From IMG/VR virus record IMGVR_UViG_3300050821_002228: a DNA stretch of 64,000 nucleotides, one strand, 5' to 3'. A program made the position numbers and the translations under genes. This stretch comes from a virus. This document shows, piece by piece, positions 43,042-52,712 of the stretch. A model generated the notes under the pieces. That model was not told the origin of the DNA. It saw only the letters and a program-made list of their open reading frames with translations, and made no database searches. How positions within the stretch are numbered: the stretch's first letter is position 1; each line of letters starts with the position of its first letter.

Positions 43042-45870
43042 GTGACCACCCCTAACCCCAACTGGCCGACGTTGTTTGCTGAGGCGTCGTTTGCGGTGAA
43101 CCCGTTCTACTCCACCGGTCAGGTTGTTTACACGGACCTGACGCCGCGTCTGTACAAGCAGTGGTCTGTGCGGCGCGGGAAGCAGTACGAGTTGGATCAG
43201 GTTCAGCCTGCCGAGTTCCGGGGCCAGTGGGTGAACACGGACGGGTTCGTGGACCCGTCCAACACGTCGTCACCGTTTTACCCGGACGTGGTGCCGTACC
43301 GGGGCTACCGGATGCGGGCGCAGTACCCGCCGTCGGTGAACGTGCTGACCAGGGACCAGGCAACCGGCGGTGAGGGAACGCCGGTTGCCCCTGGTTCTAT
43401 CCCGGCGTCGATGCAGTTCGTTACCGACGTGGGCGCCACGTTGACGATCGCGGCATCGGCGACGGCGTGGCAGGGGTCGCAGGTCATTCAGGCGGCAGTA
43501 CCGGCGTCGTCGCCGGTGCATTTCTACGCCGTTTACATTCAACAAATCCCGGTTCAGTCGCCGTCGGGATTCTCAACGCCCACGTACACGTGGTCCACGT
43601 ATCTGCGTTGCACCACGGCCAGCATCAACCCGACGGTGGCGTTGGCGTTGAAGTTCTTCGACATCAACGGCAACTTCATTGACGAGGAGGTTGGGGGGAA
43701 CGTCACCCTGACCGGTAGCGCCACGGCCGGGTGGACCCGTCTCACGCTGACGCGGTCTATGTCGTTTGCTGCGGGTGCGGCGTATGTGGACGCGGCTGTG
43801 GCGTTGGAGGGAACGCCACCGGCGTCGCCGTGGACGCTACAAATGGATGGTTCGCAGTTTGAGCAGAACACGGCGGCGTCGTCGTTCTCGGTGCCGGGTA
43901 TCGGCTATCCGATTATGTCTGGCGCTATTGAGCGGTATCCGCAGGCGTGGGATTACAACGGCACGTACGGTGTGGTGTCCCCTATCGGTGTTGACACTAT
44001 GGCCCTGTTGTCGCAGACGTTGTTGACTGACGCGTTTGTCAGTGAGGTGGTGGAGACGTCACCGGCCTGGTACTACCAGTTAAACGAGGCAGGCGGCGCT
44101 ACCGCCTTCGTCGAACAGGGCGGCCGGGCAGGCAACGCGGCCATCGTGACGGCCGGTACGGGGTCGTGTAGCCCCGGCAGCAGCATCACCGCTGCGACAC
44201 TGCCGGGGGGGAAGTTTCTGGGCGGCTCCGGCCCTGTGGTGACGTTCAACAACGGCACCAACTTTCAGGGCTCGTTCATCAACTTCACCAACGCCCTGTC
44301 AACGATCGGTCCGGTAAACGGTAGCGGCTGGACCCGGATGATTGCGTTCCGCACCAACTCCACCACGGTCAACACCATGGCGGCTATTACCGACGGCAGC
44401 AACTACGGGTTGAGCGGCGCCGGTACGCAGCCGCTGACCGCTATTCAGATCCAGATCAACGGCAGTTCCGGGGCTACGGTTCAGTTCACGAGCCCCGGCG
44501 GGGGCGGCGGCATTGGTGTTACCACGTCTACCCCGGTCAACGACAACAACTGGCATTTGTTGTTCATCTCGGTGGCGGCGGACCAGTCGTCTCTGACGTT
44601 GACCGTTGACACCACCACCGCTACCTCATCCGGTGGTGTTGCGGTGTACCCGGGGCAGTATCTCAACGACTCGGTGGGGGGCGCCTATTACAGCCTCAGC
44701 CAGTCGGGTGATATCCGGGGTTGGGTCGGCGACCTCGCGCATTATGCGAGCTGGAACACTGTTCTCAGCTCGGGTACTAAAACCGCTCTCTACAATGCGT
44801 GGAGGTCTGCTGGTCAGGGCGAAACCTCGGGGGCCCGGTATTCCCGGATCCTGCGGTACGCCAACTACCTGGGCGCGCAGAACATCGATACCGGTTCCAC
44901 CACCAACATGGGGCCGTGTAATGACATCAACGGGCAGGATGCGTTGACGTCGTTGCAAAATGTCGTGGATACCGAGTACGGGCGTCACTTTGTGGATGTC
45001 AACGGAACTATCACGTTCCAATCACGGTTCCGGGCGTTCACGACCACGACGCCCCTGTGGACGTTCGGGGAGAACCAGGCGGCCGGGGAAATCCCGTATG
45101 TCAACCTGGCATTCGACTACGACCCCACCCACATCTCCAACCTGATCCAGGTGACGCAGAACACCACCAGCAACGTATACACGTCTTTTGACACGACTAG
45201 CGAGCAGAGTTTCGGCGTCCGGAACCTGACCCGCAACAACCAGTCGGCGGACGCTACCGAAGTCCAGCAGCAGGCGTACTTCCTGGTGTCGCGGTACAAA
45301 AACCCGTACATGCGTGTGAACACGCTGACGATCGACGTGGCCGCGAACCCGGCCCTGTGGGCGTCGGTGTTGCAGTTCGAGTTGGGGCAGTACATCGCTA
45401 TCAACCGCCGGTCGGTGACCGGCGCGGCCGAGATCTCAATCAACGGGTTTATCGAACAGATCACCCACACCGGCGACGACCAGGGCAAGTGGCTGGTGGA
45501 TCTTCAGATCTCGCCTGTTCCCACTACCGCGTATGCCGTGTTCACGGCCCTGAAAACGACCCTGAACACTGGCGCGTCGTCCGGGGCCAACGTCATCACC
45601 ATCAACGCGTTGCCGGATGCCGCTACCAACCCGGTGCGGTCGGAACTGACCGGCGGCCAACAACTGATCATCGGGTCCGGCGCGAATCAGGAGACTGTGA
45701 CAATCGCGACCGGCGGCGTGCAGAACCAGGCAGCCGGTTACACCACGGCGCAGTTGACATTGACTGCCAACCTGGCCCATAACCATGTGACTGGTGAACA
45801 GGTCATTGAGGTCAATGGGGTTTCATATGACGCGTTGGGTGTTTTCGACACGTCGTTGTTCCCGTACTAG
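43042..45870 (+). CDS. Tail-tip hub protein with carbohydrate-binding and LamG-like domains
   Basis: Follows the tape measure; WYYQLNE and NDNNWH LamG motifs; GRHFVDVNGTITFQSR hub motif. Confidence 0.75.
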   Translation: MTTPNPNWPTLFAEASFAVNPFYSTGQVVYTDLTPRLYKQWSVRRGKQYELDQVQPAEFRGQWVNTDGFVDPSNTSSPFYPDVVPYRGYRMRAQYPPSVNVLTRDQATGGEGTPVAPGSIPASMQFVTDVGATLTIAASATAWQGSQVIQAAVPASSPVHFYAVYIQQIPVQSPSGFSTPTYTWSTYLRCTTASINPTVALALKFFDINGNFIDEEVGGNVTLTGSATAGWTRLTLTRSMSFAAGAAYVDAAVALEGTPPASPWTLQMDGSQFEQNTAASSFSVPGIGYPIMSGAIERYPQAWDYNGTYGVVSPIGVDTMALLSQTLLTDAFVSEVVETSPAWYYQLNEAGGATAFVEQGGRAGNAAIVTAGTGSCSPGSSITAATLPGGKFLGGSGPVVTFNNGTNFQGSFINFTNALSTIGPVNGSGWTRMIAFRTNSTTVNTMAAITDGSNYGLSGAGTQPLTAIQIQINGSSGATVQFTSPGGGGGIGVTTSTPVNDNNWHLLFISVAADQSSLTLTVDTTTATSSGGVAVYPGQYLNDSVGGAYYSLSQSGDIRGWVGDLAHYASWNTVLSSGTKTALYNAWRSAGQGETSGARYSRILRYANYLGAQNIDTGSTTNMGPCNDINGQDALTSLQNVVDTEYGRHFVDVNGTITFQSRFRAFTTTTPLWTFGENQAAGEIPYVNLAFDYDPTHISNLIQVTQNTTSNVYTSFDTTSEQSFGVRNLTRNNQSADATEVQQQAYFLVSRYKNPYMRVNTLTIDVAANPALWASVLQFELGQYIAINRRSVTGAAEISINGFIEQITHTGDDQGKWLVDLQISPVPTTAYAVFTALKTTLNTGASSGANVITINALPDAATNPVRSELTGGQQLIIGSGANQETVTIATGGVQNQAAGYTTAQLTLTANLAHNHVTGEQVIEVNGVSYDALGVFDTSLFPY

Positions 45871-45878
45871 GAGGGTGT

Positions 45879-46409
45879 ATGGCGCGAACAGTGCCGTCGG
45901 TTCCGATGGAACAGACCGGCAATCTGGTCACTGCCCAGTTGTGGAACAGCGGCGTTCAGGCGGTCAACAACTTCCTGTCGAACAAACCGAGTTTCAGGGC
46001 ATTGTCCAGCGCTGGCCAGTCGATCCCCAACAACACGTGGGGGGCTATTCAGTACGACACCGTCCTTCAGGATACCGATGCCGGGCATTCCGCGACGATC
46101 AACAACACCCGTTACACGTGCCAGGTCGCCGGGGTGTATTGGGTGAAGGGTTCTATCGTGTGGAACCCGAACTCGGCGGCTGCATCCCGAACTGATACGG
46201 CCATTGCCAAAAACGGGTCTACGTTCGCCGGGTCGGCCACGTTCATGTACCGGCTGGCTAGCGAATTCACGGCATATACCGCGTCCACCCTGATCCGGCT
46301 GAACGCCGGGGACTATGTCGAATTGTGGGCCCGGCAATTCAGTGGTGTCACGTTCTCACCGCCTGCCACGCCTCCTCCGGACTTCAACGTCCTTTGGGTT
46401 TCGAAGTAG
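45879..46409 (+). CDS. C1q/TNF-like tail-tip protein, paralog 1
   Basis: RYTCQVAGVYWV and LNAGDYVELW. Confidence 0.7.
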   Translation: MARTVPSVPMEQTGNLVTAQLWNSGVQAVNNFLSNKPSFRALSSAGQSIPNNTWGAIQYDTVLQDTDAGHSATINNTRYTCQVAGVYWVKGSIVWNPNSAAASRTDTAIAKNGSTFAGSATFMYRLASEFTAYTASTLIRLNAGDYVELWARQFSGVTFSPPATPPPDFNVLWVSK

Positions 46410-46418
46410 GGAGGAACG

Positions 46419-46949
46419 ATGGGTCGTACCATTCCGGCGACGGCAACGAAGGCGTCGGGGCAGTTGATCACTGGCGCGTTGTGGAACGCCGGGCCGTATG
46501 CGTTGAGTCAGTTCGCGCTGGCGCCCCCGGTGTTCAGGGCCCGTCAGGTCACGGCTGTGGCGTTCCCGTCCGGGTCCTGGGTGTCGGCGCAGTTCGACAA
46601 CATCGATATGGACTCTGAGACCGGGTGGACCAACGCCAACCTGTCCAACTACTACGCGCAGGTTCCCGGCTGGTATTGGGTCGAGGGGTATATGGCGTGG
46701 AGCAACGGCGGCGGGGCACAGGGCCGTTTCGAGGCGTCGATCACTAAGAACGGGTCGATCATTCAGGGCTCGGCGTCGTTCTCGTGGATGTACGCCGACC
46801 TGATGTCGATTGGCGCGGGCACGATGGTTCAGCTAGCCGTCAACGACTATGTACAAATCTTGGGACGTCAAAACACCGGCAATACCGTTAACACTTTCGG
46901 CGGTACTGACTTGTGCCCGTGCATGAATGTTTTTTGGGTGCATTCGTGA
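46419..46949 (+). CDS. C1q/TNF-like tail-tip protein, paralog 2
   Basis: YYAQVPGWYWVEG and LAVNDYVQI. Confidence 0.7.
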   Translation: MGRTIPATATKASGQLITGALWNAGPYALSQFALAPPVFRARQVTAVAFPSGSWVSAQFDNIDMDSETGWTNANLSNYYAQVPGWYWVEGYMAWSNGGGAQGRFEASITKNGSIIQGSASFSWMYADLMSIGAGTMVQLAVNDYVQILGRQNTGNTVNTFGGTDLCPCMNVFWVHS

Positions 46950-46958
46950 GGAGGGCAT

Positions 46959-47510
46959 GTGACGCGCGTTGTTCCTACTACGCCGTTTGAGACGTCCGGC
47001 AGTGTTGTTCAGTCTTCGCTGTGGAACAGCGGCCCGAAGGCGATGGGGGACTATTACCTGTCGCCGCCGATGTTCCGGGGCCACCAGTCCGCAGCGCAGG
47101 CTGTTGCCTCCAACACCTATGTGGCGATGTCGTTAGACGTTACGGATGTTGATACCGACAACGGCCATTCTAATGTCACCAATAACACGAGGTATACGTG
47201 TCAGGTCCCGGGCTGGTATTTGGCTGAGGGGTATGTGGCGTTGGTCAACAACACCGGCGCGCAGTCAATCCTGTTCGTGATGCTGGCGTTGAACAGCACG
47301 GGGGGCACCCCCAACACGGTGCCGGGTCTGCAACAGCGGCTCATCAAGGGCGCTAACAGCTTCACCGCCGCGTCCGGGTCCGGCATGTTGAAGATGGCGG
47401 CAGGCGACTATCTAGAAGTGTGGACGTGGCAGGACTCCGGTTCCAGCATCAACACCGCCCCCAATACCGACCTGTGCCCAGCGCTGAACCTGCTGTGGGT
47501 GCATTCCTGA
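46959..47510 (+). CDS. C1q/TNF-like tail-tip protein, paralog 3
   Basis: RYTCQVPGWYLAEG and MAAGDYLEVW. Confidence 0.7.
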   Translation: MTRVVPTTPFETSGSVVQSSLWNSGPKAMGDYYLSPPMFRGHQSAAQAVASNTYVAMSLDVTDVDTDNGHSNVTNNTRYTCQVPGWYLAEGYVALVNNTGAQSILFVMLALNSTGGTPNTVPGLQQRLIKGANSFTAASGSGMLKMAAGDYLEVWTWQDSGSSINTAPNTDLCPALNLLWVHS

Positions 47511-47520
47511 AAGGCCAGAC

Positions 47521-47967
47521 ATGACCGCAGCCCATGACCAGACGACGACGTTGCACATCATGGCGCATATCCCGGAGCATGCGCCGCGTGAGTCCGACCC
47601 GCATTACCACCTGTTTGAGGAGGCTAAGTCCCGGATTAAGCGGCAGGGACTTTGGAAATGCGCTATCGGTGATGACCTGTGCGGCGGCGGGTTGGAACTG
47701 CATCACACGCATGTGGAGTTCTCTCAGATCAACGCGGTTGATTCGGAGAAGGTTCAGCGGATCCTCGGTTTGCATTTTGCTGACGATGAGGAGTTCCAGA
47801 AGTGGGTCGAGTCGCCCGGCAATCTGGAAGTGTTGTGCGTCAACCATCACCGGACCCACTACGGGGTTCACGTCATTCCGTCCGCGCTTTGGGAGGCGCT
47901 GCGGTTCCACCGCGCAGGTACCGCCGCTGCCGCTGAGTTTGTGGCGGCTAAGGATCTGCCTAAATAG
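47521..47967 (+). CDS. HNH-like protein
   Basis: C...C...LELHH...NLEVLCVNHH...GVH. Confidence 0.55.
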   Translation: MTAAHDQTTTLHIMAHIPEHAPRESDPHYHLFEEAKSRIKRQGLWKCAIGDDLCGGGLELHHTHVEFSQINAVDSEKVQRILGLHFADDEEFQKWVESPGNLEVLCVNHHRTHYGVHVIPSALWEALRFHRAGTAAAAEFVAAKDLPK

Positions 47968-48471
47968 ATGAACAAGGAGTGGGGTATGGCTCTTTACCAG
48001 CATGTGCCGCATCCGCACATTCTGGATCGGCTGGAACACGGGCCGGTCAAGGTGGGGGATCAGCATCCGGCGGCGACACCGTTTCAGCGGTTCAACAAGT
48101 CGTTGGGTGTGAAGATCACCGCCGGTGTCGGCACGATGATGTGCGCGTACGCGTTCACGGTGTTGTCTCTGGTGTCGCTGCCGGGGGTGTTGAAGACCGG
48201 CGACACGGTGGTGATCGTCGCATGGATCACGCAAACACTCATCCAGCTGGTTCTGTTGCCGATCATCATTGTGGGGCAGAACGCGCAGGCAGAGGCGGCT
48301 GACAAGCGGTCAGAGCAGAACTTCAAAGACACCGAGGCGGTGTTGGAGATGACGAAGCAGACGCAGGAACATCTGACCGCGCAGGACACCGAGTTGCAGC
48401 GGCAGACGCAGGCGTTGTTGGCGATCCTGGCGAAGTACGGGCCGGTCGTGCCGCCGGGCCCCAGCTCGTGA
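47968..48471 (+). CDS. DUF1003-like membrane protein in the lysis cassette
   Basis: Two TM segments; QLVLLPIIIVGQN followed by a coiled coil. Confidence 0.65.
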   Translation: MNKEWGMALYQHVPHPHILDRLEHGPVKVGDQHPAATPFQRFNKSLGVKITAGVGTMMCAYAFTVLSLVSLPGVLKTGDTVVIVAWITQTLIQLVLLPIIIVGQNAQAEAADKRSEQNFKDTEAVLEMTKQTQEHLTAQDTELQRQTQALLAILAKYGPVVPPGPSS

Positions 48472-48637
48472 CGTGGCGTCGCCAGCGGGCTGTTAACGAA
48501 TCGGCCGGGTCGGGGTATGAGACGGATCACCGTTCCCGGGAGATCCTGGAACAGTCGGCGGCTGATCTCGATGCTGTCCACGCTGACATGTCGCGTGTGG
48601 TGCGCCGGTTGGAATCGGATGTTGAGGAGGCCGACCA

Positions 48638-49627
48638 GTGACGATCTTCGGACCTGACATCTCGTCGTATGAGCAGGGCGTGAACGTGGCTGCCCTGTCG
48701 GACCCGTTCGTGATCCTGAAGTGTACGGAGGGGACGTACTACACCGACGCGGATTACGCCGGGTGGCTAGCGCAGGCGAGGTCGGCGGGGAAGGTTGTTA
48801 TCCCGTACCACTTTGTCAAGACTGAGTCGTCGGCGCAGGCGCAGGCGGCGATGTTGGCGGCGCACATCGACGACATGACGTTGCCCGTGATGTTGGACGT
48901 GGAGACGGAGGGGGCGTCGGCGCCGAACCTGCCGTTTGTGTTGTCGGTCATCGACGCCATGCACGGGCGCGGCCTGAACGTCCGTCTCGTGTACCTGCCG
49001 CGTTGGTATTGGCAGCAGGTGGGTTCCCCGGACCTGACGCCGTTGTCCGGCCGTGGGGTCGGCGTGGTGTCGTCGGCGTACCCCCGTAGCGGGCCGCTGG
49101 CGCCTGCGCAGGGCTACGCGGCGGATGGTGGGGACGCGGGGCCCGGCTGGGCCGCGTACGGCGGTGTGACGCCGGTTCTGTGGCAGTTCACGGACGCTGG
49201 GACGGAACAGCAGAACGTGGACTTCAACGCGTTCCGTGGCACCGTTGATCAACTAAGGGCCCTGCTCGGTGGGGCGGCAGGAGGAGGAGACATGGGTTCG
49301 TACACGATGTCCGCCGGTTGGCAGACGGATTACCCGGATGTTGCTGCGCAGTTGCAGAAGCATATTCCGGTGGGGTCGGTCATCGACGACGGGAACGCGG
49401 CGGCGTTCGCTATGGTCCGGTCGTTTGTGGCGGCTGAGCGTGCGGCGGTGATCGAGCAGAAGTTGGATCAGTTGTTGGCGGTGAAGCCGCCGGTGGTGGA
49501 TGTGTCCGCGTTGGCTGCGCAGATTGTGGCGGCGATCGAGGGGCATTTGTCTACGGGGGTTGATGCGCAGGCGGTGGCGGCGGCGGTTCAGGCGCAGCTC
49601 GCGCAGGCGTTGGCGCGCACGGCGTAG
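48638..49627 (+). CDS. Endolysin, GH25 muramidase
   Basis: PDISSYEQ, KCTEG, LDVET, WQFTD and VDFN motifs; Ala-rich VDVSALAAQI C-terminus. Confidence 0.9.
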   Translation: MTIFGPDISSYEQGVNVAALSDPFVILKCTEGTYYTDADYAGWLAQARSAGKVVIPYHFVKTESSAQAQAAMLAAHIDDMTLPVMLDVETEGASAPNLPFVLSVIDAMHGRGLNVRLVYLPRWYWQQVGSPDLTPLSGRGVGVVSSAYPRSGPLAPAQGYAADGGDAGPGWAAYGGVTPVLWQFTDAGTEQQNVDFNAFRGTVDQLRALLGGAAGGGDMGSYTMSAGWQTDYPDVAAQLQKHIPVGSVIDDGNAAAFAMVRSFVAAERAAVIEQKLDQLLAVKPPVVDVSALAAQIVAAIEGHLSTGVDAQAVAAAVQAQLAQALARTA

Positions 49628-49629
49628 CC

Positions 49630-49875
49630 GTGGATTCGGCAGCACTTGCCCAGTACGGGGGGCTTGGCGCTGTTCTTTTGATTGCTATTGCTGCGGTCAA
49701 GGTGTTGTTCGACCGTGAGGTTAAGGCTCTTGAACGAGAGAAGGAGCGGGCCGACCGGTTGGAAACCGAACTACGGCAACTGAATGAGTTGGTCCGAACT
49801 CAATACGTTGAGAAGTTGGCCAACGCTACTCAGACGATTGGCGAGGCCCTGGCCGTGTTGCGGAGGTCGCCATGA
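49630..49875 (+). CDS. Putative holin or membrane lysis protein
   Basis: One N-terminal TM helix plus a coiled coil, directly after the endolysin. Confidence 0.6.
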   Translation: MDSAALAQYGGLGAVLLIAIAAVKVLFDREVKALEREKERADRLETELRQLNELVRTQYVEKLANATQTIGEALAVLRRSP

Positions 49876-50054
49876 TCCGGAAGTTTGATCGCAAAAAGAA
49901 CGGCCACGGCACCGAGGAACTGATCAAGGAGACGCGGCGGTTGAAGCGTCAACTGGAGGCGATGACGATCCGGTTGGACACGTTCTACCATCAGCTTCAG
50001 AAAGAGGTTGATCGTTTGCAGGTGATCGAGGACAACCGCACTGAGGGCGACTGA
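49872..50054 (+). CDS. Small coiled-coil protein
   Basis: ATGA overlap; heptad pattern. Confidence 0.5.
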   Translation: MIRKFDRKKNGHGTEELIKETRRLKRQLEAMTIRLDTFYHQLQKEVDRLQVIEDNRTEGD

Positions 50055-50070
50055 CGGCAGGGAGGACCGG

Positions 50071-50463
50071 ATGTCAGACACCCCGCACGAGCCGGACGGC
50101 GTGGATGAACTCGCTTCCGTCGCGGGCGAACTGAAGGGTTCGATCGACGCGTTAAGCAAAAGCTTTGACGTGCTGGCCGGGAAAACAAAGTTCAACCGGG
50201 TGATGGCGATACTGATGGCAATCACGATTGTGGTGTTGGGTGTTGTCATCAACAACGTTTCGAACACCAGCCATCGGCTACAGAACACCGTCCGGCAGAA
50301 CGCGGCGACGGAACAGGAATTGAGGGGTCTGCAAAGCAAAGCACTGTGCCCCCTCTATCTGATTTTCATCAATGCCATTGAGCATCCGGCCCCCACGTCG
50401 CGGATCACCCCCGATATCGCGAAGTCAATCAAGGACGGTTATGCCGCCCTGAAGTGCACATGA
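50071..50463 (+). CDS. Single-TM protein, last gene of the lysis cassette
   Basis: GGAGG RBS; central TM helix; two C-terminal Cys. Confidence 0.6.
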   Translation: MSDTPHEPDGVDELASVAGELKGSIDALSKSFDVLAGKTKFNRVMAILMAITIVVLGVVINNVSNTSHRLQNTVRQNAATEQELRGLQSKALCPLYLIFINAIEHPAPTSRITPDIAKSIKDGYAALKCT

Positions 50464-50493
50464 AATAGCCCCCGCCGAGGCGGGGGCTATTTT
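50463..50493. terminator. Bidirectional intrinsic terminator
   Basis: AAATAGCCCCCGCC-ga-GGCGGGGGCTATTTT. Confidence 0.9.
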
Positions 50494-50496
50494 GCG

Positions 50497-51339
50497 TTAC
50501 CGGATGGTCACCTGATCCAGATACGTTATGACCCACGAGATACGCTTTTCGTTCGTGCTGCCCTCGGCGGCACGCGGGTTGCAGTTCAGGCCGTACACCC
50601 GCGTCCAGTCGTCGGGGCCGTCGCCGCAGCGGATCTCATCCTCGTAGTACCAGTGCAGGTGGCCGTGGTACAGCCGACCGGGCCGCAGCGTCCGGACCGC
50701 CTGTTGCAGACGGTCCTGGTTGGGCCAGCACCCGGGGAGATCCTTGCGGTTCCATCCGGGCTGGGACGCGCGCGGTTTGTCGTGGGTCAGCATGACGTCC
50801 ACCAGCGGCGTCCCGGATGCGGTGATCTTGTCCAGGTGGCGGGTCATGTCCTCGTCGGTCATCTCCTCCTCCGGGAACCACAGCCACCCGGACCGGTCAG
50901 CGCCGTAGTACTCGCGGTCGTGCAGCTCCTGCGCCAGCCGCCACGCCTTGTCAACGCTGTACGCGCCGCCGAACGCCGCGAACGTGGTGGTTCCCCACTG
51001 CCAGGTGAGGCCGTCGGGGGCGTACATCAGGTTGTCCCGGCATATGTAGAACCCGTCCCATGTCTGGTGGTGCGCGTACAGCTCCTCCACCAGCGACGAC
51101 TTGTCGTGGTTGCCGCGCAGGAAATACACCATGATGTCGCGTTTCTTCGCGTGGCGGTTGACGTCGTCGAAGAATTCGCGGCCGTCGGCCATGTGTTCCC
51201 ACGCGCCGAAGTCACCGACAACGAACACCCGGGAACAGCCGTGTTTGCGGGCGTTGTCGAGCAGTGTGATCACGTGGGAACAATCGCCGTGGGTGTCACC
51301 GGCGATCATCAAACGGTCTGTCAAACGTCCTCCAGCCAT
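50497..51339 (-). CDS. Calcineurin-like metallophosphoesterase
   Basis: GDTHG, GDFG, GNHD, THD and HGHLH motifs. Confidence 0.9.
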   Translation of the reverse strand: MAGGRLTDRLMIAGDTHGDCSHVITLLDNARKHGCSRVFVVGDFGAWEHMADGREFFDDVNRHAKKRDIMVYFLRGNHDKSSLVEELYAHHQTWDGFYICRDNLMYAPDGLTWQWGTTTFAAFGGAYSVDKAWRLAQELHDREYYGADRSGWLWFPEEEMTDEDMTRHLDKITASGTPLVDVMLTHDKPRASQPGWNRKDLPGCWPNQDRLQQAVRTLRPGRLYHGHLHWYYEDEIRCGDGPDDWTRVYGLNCNPRAAEGSTNEKRISWVITYLDQVTIR

Positions 51340-52310
51340 GCGGTAGCAACGGCGAATGCCGCCTCACGGATCGTCCACGGTAGCGCGTGGCCGTCGGCCA
51401 TGTACGCGCGCCGGGCAGATCTGAGCCACTGCCGCGCAGCGTCGTGACGGCCCGCCAGCGCCGCTGTGTACGCCACCATGGCGCCGGGGGTCGGGTTGTC
51501 TGACACCGATGTCCACTGGGGCCACATGGTGTCGAACTCCTCCGGCCACAGGTCCAGCGTCACCAGCACCGGCCACATCTGGTCGGCGGCGTCCTGCCAG
51601 TGGGCCCAGTCGGATGAGGTGCCGCCGCCGTCGCGGTCCAACGCGGTCACGAACATGTCGTTGCTGTGGTCCCAGTATCGGCCGGTGATCTCCCGGCCTA
51701 GGTCGGTGGCTTTCTGCGCGTACTGCGGGGCATCGCACGTCTCCTCGGCGTACACGTTCGCGCACATCCACGCGACGTCGTTGAGTGCCTGGTACCGCTC
51801 GCAGTTGTTCGCCAGGAAATGAACGGCCCGATCGGGTCGGGCCCATGACAGGCCGGTGTCCTGAACGGTGGATTCCATGGCGCGGACCGCCGCCCACACC
51901 GCGTGCTTGTTCTGCCGCAGGAACGTTTTCTCGCCGCTGACCTCAACGTATTTGCGGCAGGCGGTCAGGAATGTGGCGGCTGTCGCATCGGTGGATTCGT
52001 AATACCGTTCCCCGAACGGCGACAGCAGCGGCGCCGTGTCGTAGGTGGCGACGTTGACGGTGTAGTCCGGGACGTATCCGGTTTCCGGGTCCATGTGGTC
52101 CATGTACCACTGCAACCAGGTCCGGGCGGCCGGGGCGTACTGCTGTCCGCCGTGCAGCACGCCCCACGCGGCCACGTTCGCCTCGTAGGGGTGGATGTAC
52201 CAGGAACCGGCAACGGAGACCGGGTGGAACCGGAAAGCGCCGGACGCGTCGCCGTACCCGGCGGGGATTTGCGTACCGACGATCCAGTTGGATTCGTTGC
52301 CGGACAGCAT
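51321..52310 (-). CDS. Six-hairpin (alpha/alpha) glycosidase-like protein
   Basis: Helical Trp/Tyr-rich pattern with STDATAATFL, FLANNCE.Y..L and DAADQMWP segments. Family assignment uncertain. Confidence 0.5.
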   Translation of the reverse strand: MLSGNESNWIVGTQIPAGYGDASGAFRFHPVSVAGSWYIHPYEANVAAWGVLHGGQQYAPAARTWLQWYMDHMDPETGYVPDYTVNVATYDTAPLLSPFGERYYESTDATAATFLTACRKYVEVSGEKTFLRQNKHAVWAAVRAMESTVQDTGLSWARPDRAVHFLANNCERYQALNDVAWMCANVYAEETCDAPQYAQKATDLGREITGRYWDHSNDMFVTALDRDGGGTSSDWAHWQDAADQMWPVLVTLDLWPEEFDTMWPQWTSVSDNPTPGAMVAYTAALAGRHDAARQWLRSARRAYMADGHALPWTIREAAFAVATAWLEDV

Positions 52311-52319
52311 TTACGACTC

Positions 52320-52712
52320 CTAGTGGTGAGCCAAACTCAACAGCTTCCGCAGAATGTTCGCCGGTGTCCCATTCTTTCCGGCCGGGGACTTCAGCCGGTC
52401 GATTTCGGCCATCAGGACACGAACATCTGTGACGCCCTTAACCAGGTTTTCGGCGTCTACGCTCGCTAGGAACGATTCCGCGCAGCCGCCGTCGGATGCC
52501 CGTTCGGCCTCTGGCTGTTCGTCGCAGTAGAACCCGTCCTTAACGGTGACTACGGCGGCGGTGTAGACCCGGCAGGACAGGCAGCGGCAGCCCTTTTCGC
52601 CGTGGCTGTGGGCGTCCACGGTGAACCCGGCGGCGTGGTTCGATTCGCTGCGGCGCCGGATCTCACGTAACACGTCGTCCGGCAGCGGTTCGGCGGTCAC
52701 GACTTGATCCAA
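52320..52712 (-). CDS. Hypothetical protein
   Basis: CRCLSC motif; DVRVLMAEIDRL tail. Confidence 0.5.
   Translation of the reverse strand: MDQVVTAEPLPDDVLREIRRRSESNHAAGFTVDAHSHGEKGCRCLSCRVYTAAVVTVKDGFYCDEQPEAERASDGGCAESFLASVDAENLVKGVTDVRVLMAEIDRLKSPAGKNGTPANILRKLLSLAHH

Noticed and set aside
45879-47510. Diversity-generating retroelement acting on the tail-tip paralogs
   Set aside because: No reverse transcriptase and no near-identical TR/VR pair with adenine-specific mismatches in the window.
48468-48641. Short ORF between the DUF1003-like gene and the endolysin
   Set aside because: An open 57-codon frame with overlaps at both ends, but no RBS or motif; too weak to list.
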